DNA from: Peribolospora baueri
Taxonomy: Eukaryota
DNA: 64,000 nt
NCBI GenBank assembly: GCA_029717555.1
Contig: JAMDHS010000009.1
Coordinates: 62,001-126,000 of the forward strand
Direction of reading: 5' to 3'
Position numbers and translations under genes: made by a program. Below are positions 62,993 to 64,000 of this stretch, piece after piece. Within the stretch, counting starts at the first letter, position 1. Each line of letters opens with the position of its first letter. The notes under the pieces were generated by a model. The model made no database searches, had not been told where the DNA came from, and saw only the letters and a list, made by a program, of their open reading frames with translations.

Positions 62993-64000
62993 TCAAAGCT
63001 GCGGCTGCTGCTGCGGCTCACCCTCAGCAGGAGCGGCAGCGGTGGGGTTGCTGGTCTCGAACTCCCTCAAGACGTTGATGGCCTCGTTCGTCTTGGACGT
63101 CAGCGCCTCGTCGTCCTCGAGCAAGTGAAGAAGCTCCGAGACGGGTAGCTCAAGGAGCATACCGGTGAGCTTGCCTGCCAGGGCAGGGTGGCTATCATGG
63201 ATCTTGGGATAGATCGCCTCGCCGAGCATCTGCTTCTGCTCTTCGGGGCCAGCGTTGGCCAGTGCGGCGGCCGTGAGGGCAGGCTGAGAGGCAGGCTTGG
63301 CAGCCGCGGCGGGCCTCGCGCCGGGGGGGACACGAGGAGGAACGGGGAGACCCTGGCCGGGAATGACAGGTTGGGCGGGGCGGTGGGGGGCGCCGTTGAC
63401 GCCAACGGGAGGAGCGGGACGGCTGCCGGGGGCGCCAGCCGCACCGGGCGGGCCACGGGGAGGGCGAGGGGGACGGTAGCCTTGGGGAGGGACCATGCCG
63501 TTGAATTGGGGCGCTGGCTGTCCATACTGAGGCATGGGCATGCCGGGCATCATGCCAGCCGGGGCATAGCGCGGCCGAGGGACCATGCCGCCGGGCTGAC
63601 CGGGGTAGGCACCGGGAGGGTAGAACATGCTAGGCGCGGGGAAGCCCATGCCAGCAGCGGCCTGCTGCTGAACACGCATCTGGTTGCGCTGGAGGATCTG
63701 GGCTTCGAGCTGCTGCCTACGCACGTCCTTGCGCTGCGCGAGGGCAACGTACAGCGGCTTGCCGTCCATCATCTTTGTGAAACGAGCGATAGACAAAGAG
63801 GTCAGTCGAATGTCACATCGCCCAAAGGGAAGTCTCACCATGCGCGAAACTGTCTTCGAACTCCTCACCTTGCCGTTCATCTCCGTGACCGCCTTGGTGG
63901 CCTCGTCAGGAGCCGAGTAGCAGACGAAACCGAAGCCGCGAGAGACGCCAGAAGGAGCACGCATGACCTTGCACGAGGTGATGGTGCCGAAAGGCGAGAA
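62993..64000 (-). CDS. PAB1: Polyadenylate-binding protein, 3' part (RRM4, Pro-rich linker, MLLE domain)
   Basis: SRGFGFVCYSAPDEATKAVTEMNGK|MMDGKPLYVALAQRKDVRR, QKQMLGEAIYPKI, AGKLTGMLLEL. Runs off the window end. Confidence 0.98.
   Translation of the reverse strand, partial: FSPFGTITSCKVMRAPSGVSRGFGFVCYSAPDEATKAVTEMNGKVRSSKTVSRMVRLPFGRCDIRLTSLSIARFTKMMDGKPLYVALAQRKDVRRQQLEAQILQRNQMRVQQQAAAGMGFPAPSMFYPPGAYPGQPGGMVPRPRYAPAGMMPGMPMPQYGQPAPQFNGMVPPQGYRPPRPPRGPPGAAGAPGSRPAPPVGVNGAPHRPAQPVIPGQGLPVPPRVPPGARPAAAAKPASQPALTAAALANAGPEEQKQMLGEAIYPKIHDSHPALAGKLTGMLLELPVSELLHLLEDDEALTSKTNEAINVLREFETSNPTAAAPAEGEPQQQPQL

Overview
GC-rich, gene-dense, intron-rich eukaryotic DNA from a basidiomycete fungus. 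Pucciniomycotina is my inference, based on the GT-AG introns with CTRAC branch sites, the protein sequences and a retained CENP-N. I rebuilt about 24 spliced genes by hand, since the ORF track mostly shows exon fragments and shadow ORFs. In order they are: a GT25 glycosyltransferase, FAHD1-like hydrolase, SAM methyltransferase (frameshifted), UBX/FAF2-like protein, RFC1, RGP1, uricase, an SDR, CENP-N/Chl4, Hua1-like protein, MED10, a LaeA-like methyltransferase (frameshifted), CIA2/FAM96B, a type II FMO, a YjlB-type cupin, an HSL-like lipase, NudC, Grx3/4, fibrillarin NOP1, gamma-tubulin, CBF5, an orphan gene, a TEN1-like telomere-capping gene absent from the ORF track, a fructosamine-kinase-like gene, and the 3' part of PAB1. 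Most genes sit in head-to-head pairs. The most notable items are: (1) the hidden three-exon TEN1 candidate; (2) a 32-bp dyad element (telobox, CACGTG, inverted telobox) in the NOP1/gamma-tubulin promoter, plus recurrent ATCACGTG E-boxes in other promoters; (3) two frameshifted methyltransferases; (4) an FN3K-like protein with the Mg-binding Asp replaced by Asn; (5) CENP-N in a basidiomycete; (6) 7-19 nt micro-exons. I recognised no rRNA, tRNA, CRISPR array or transposon. Family calls come from motif recognition, not database searches.
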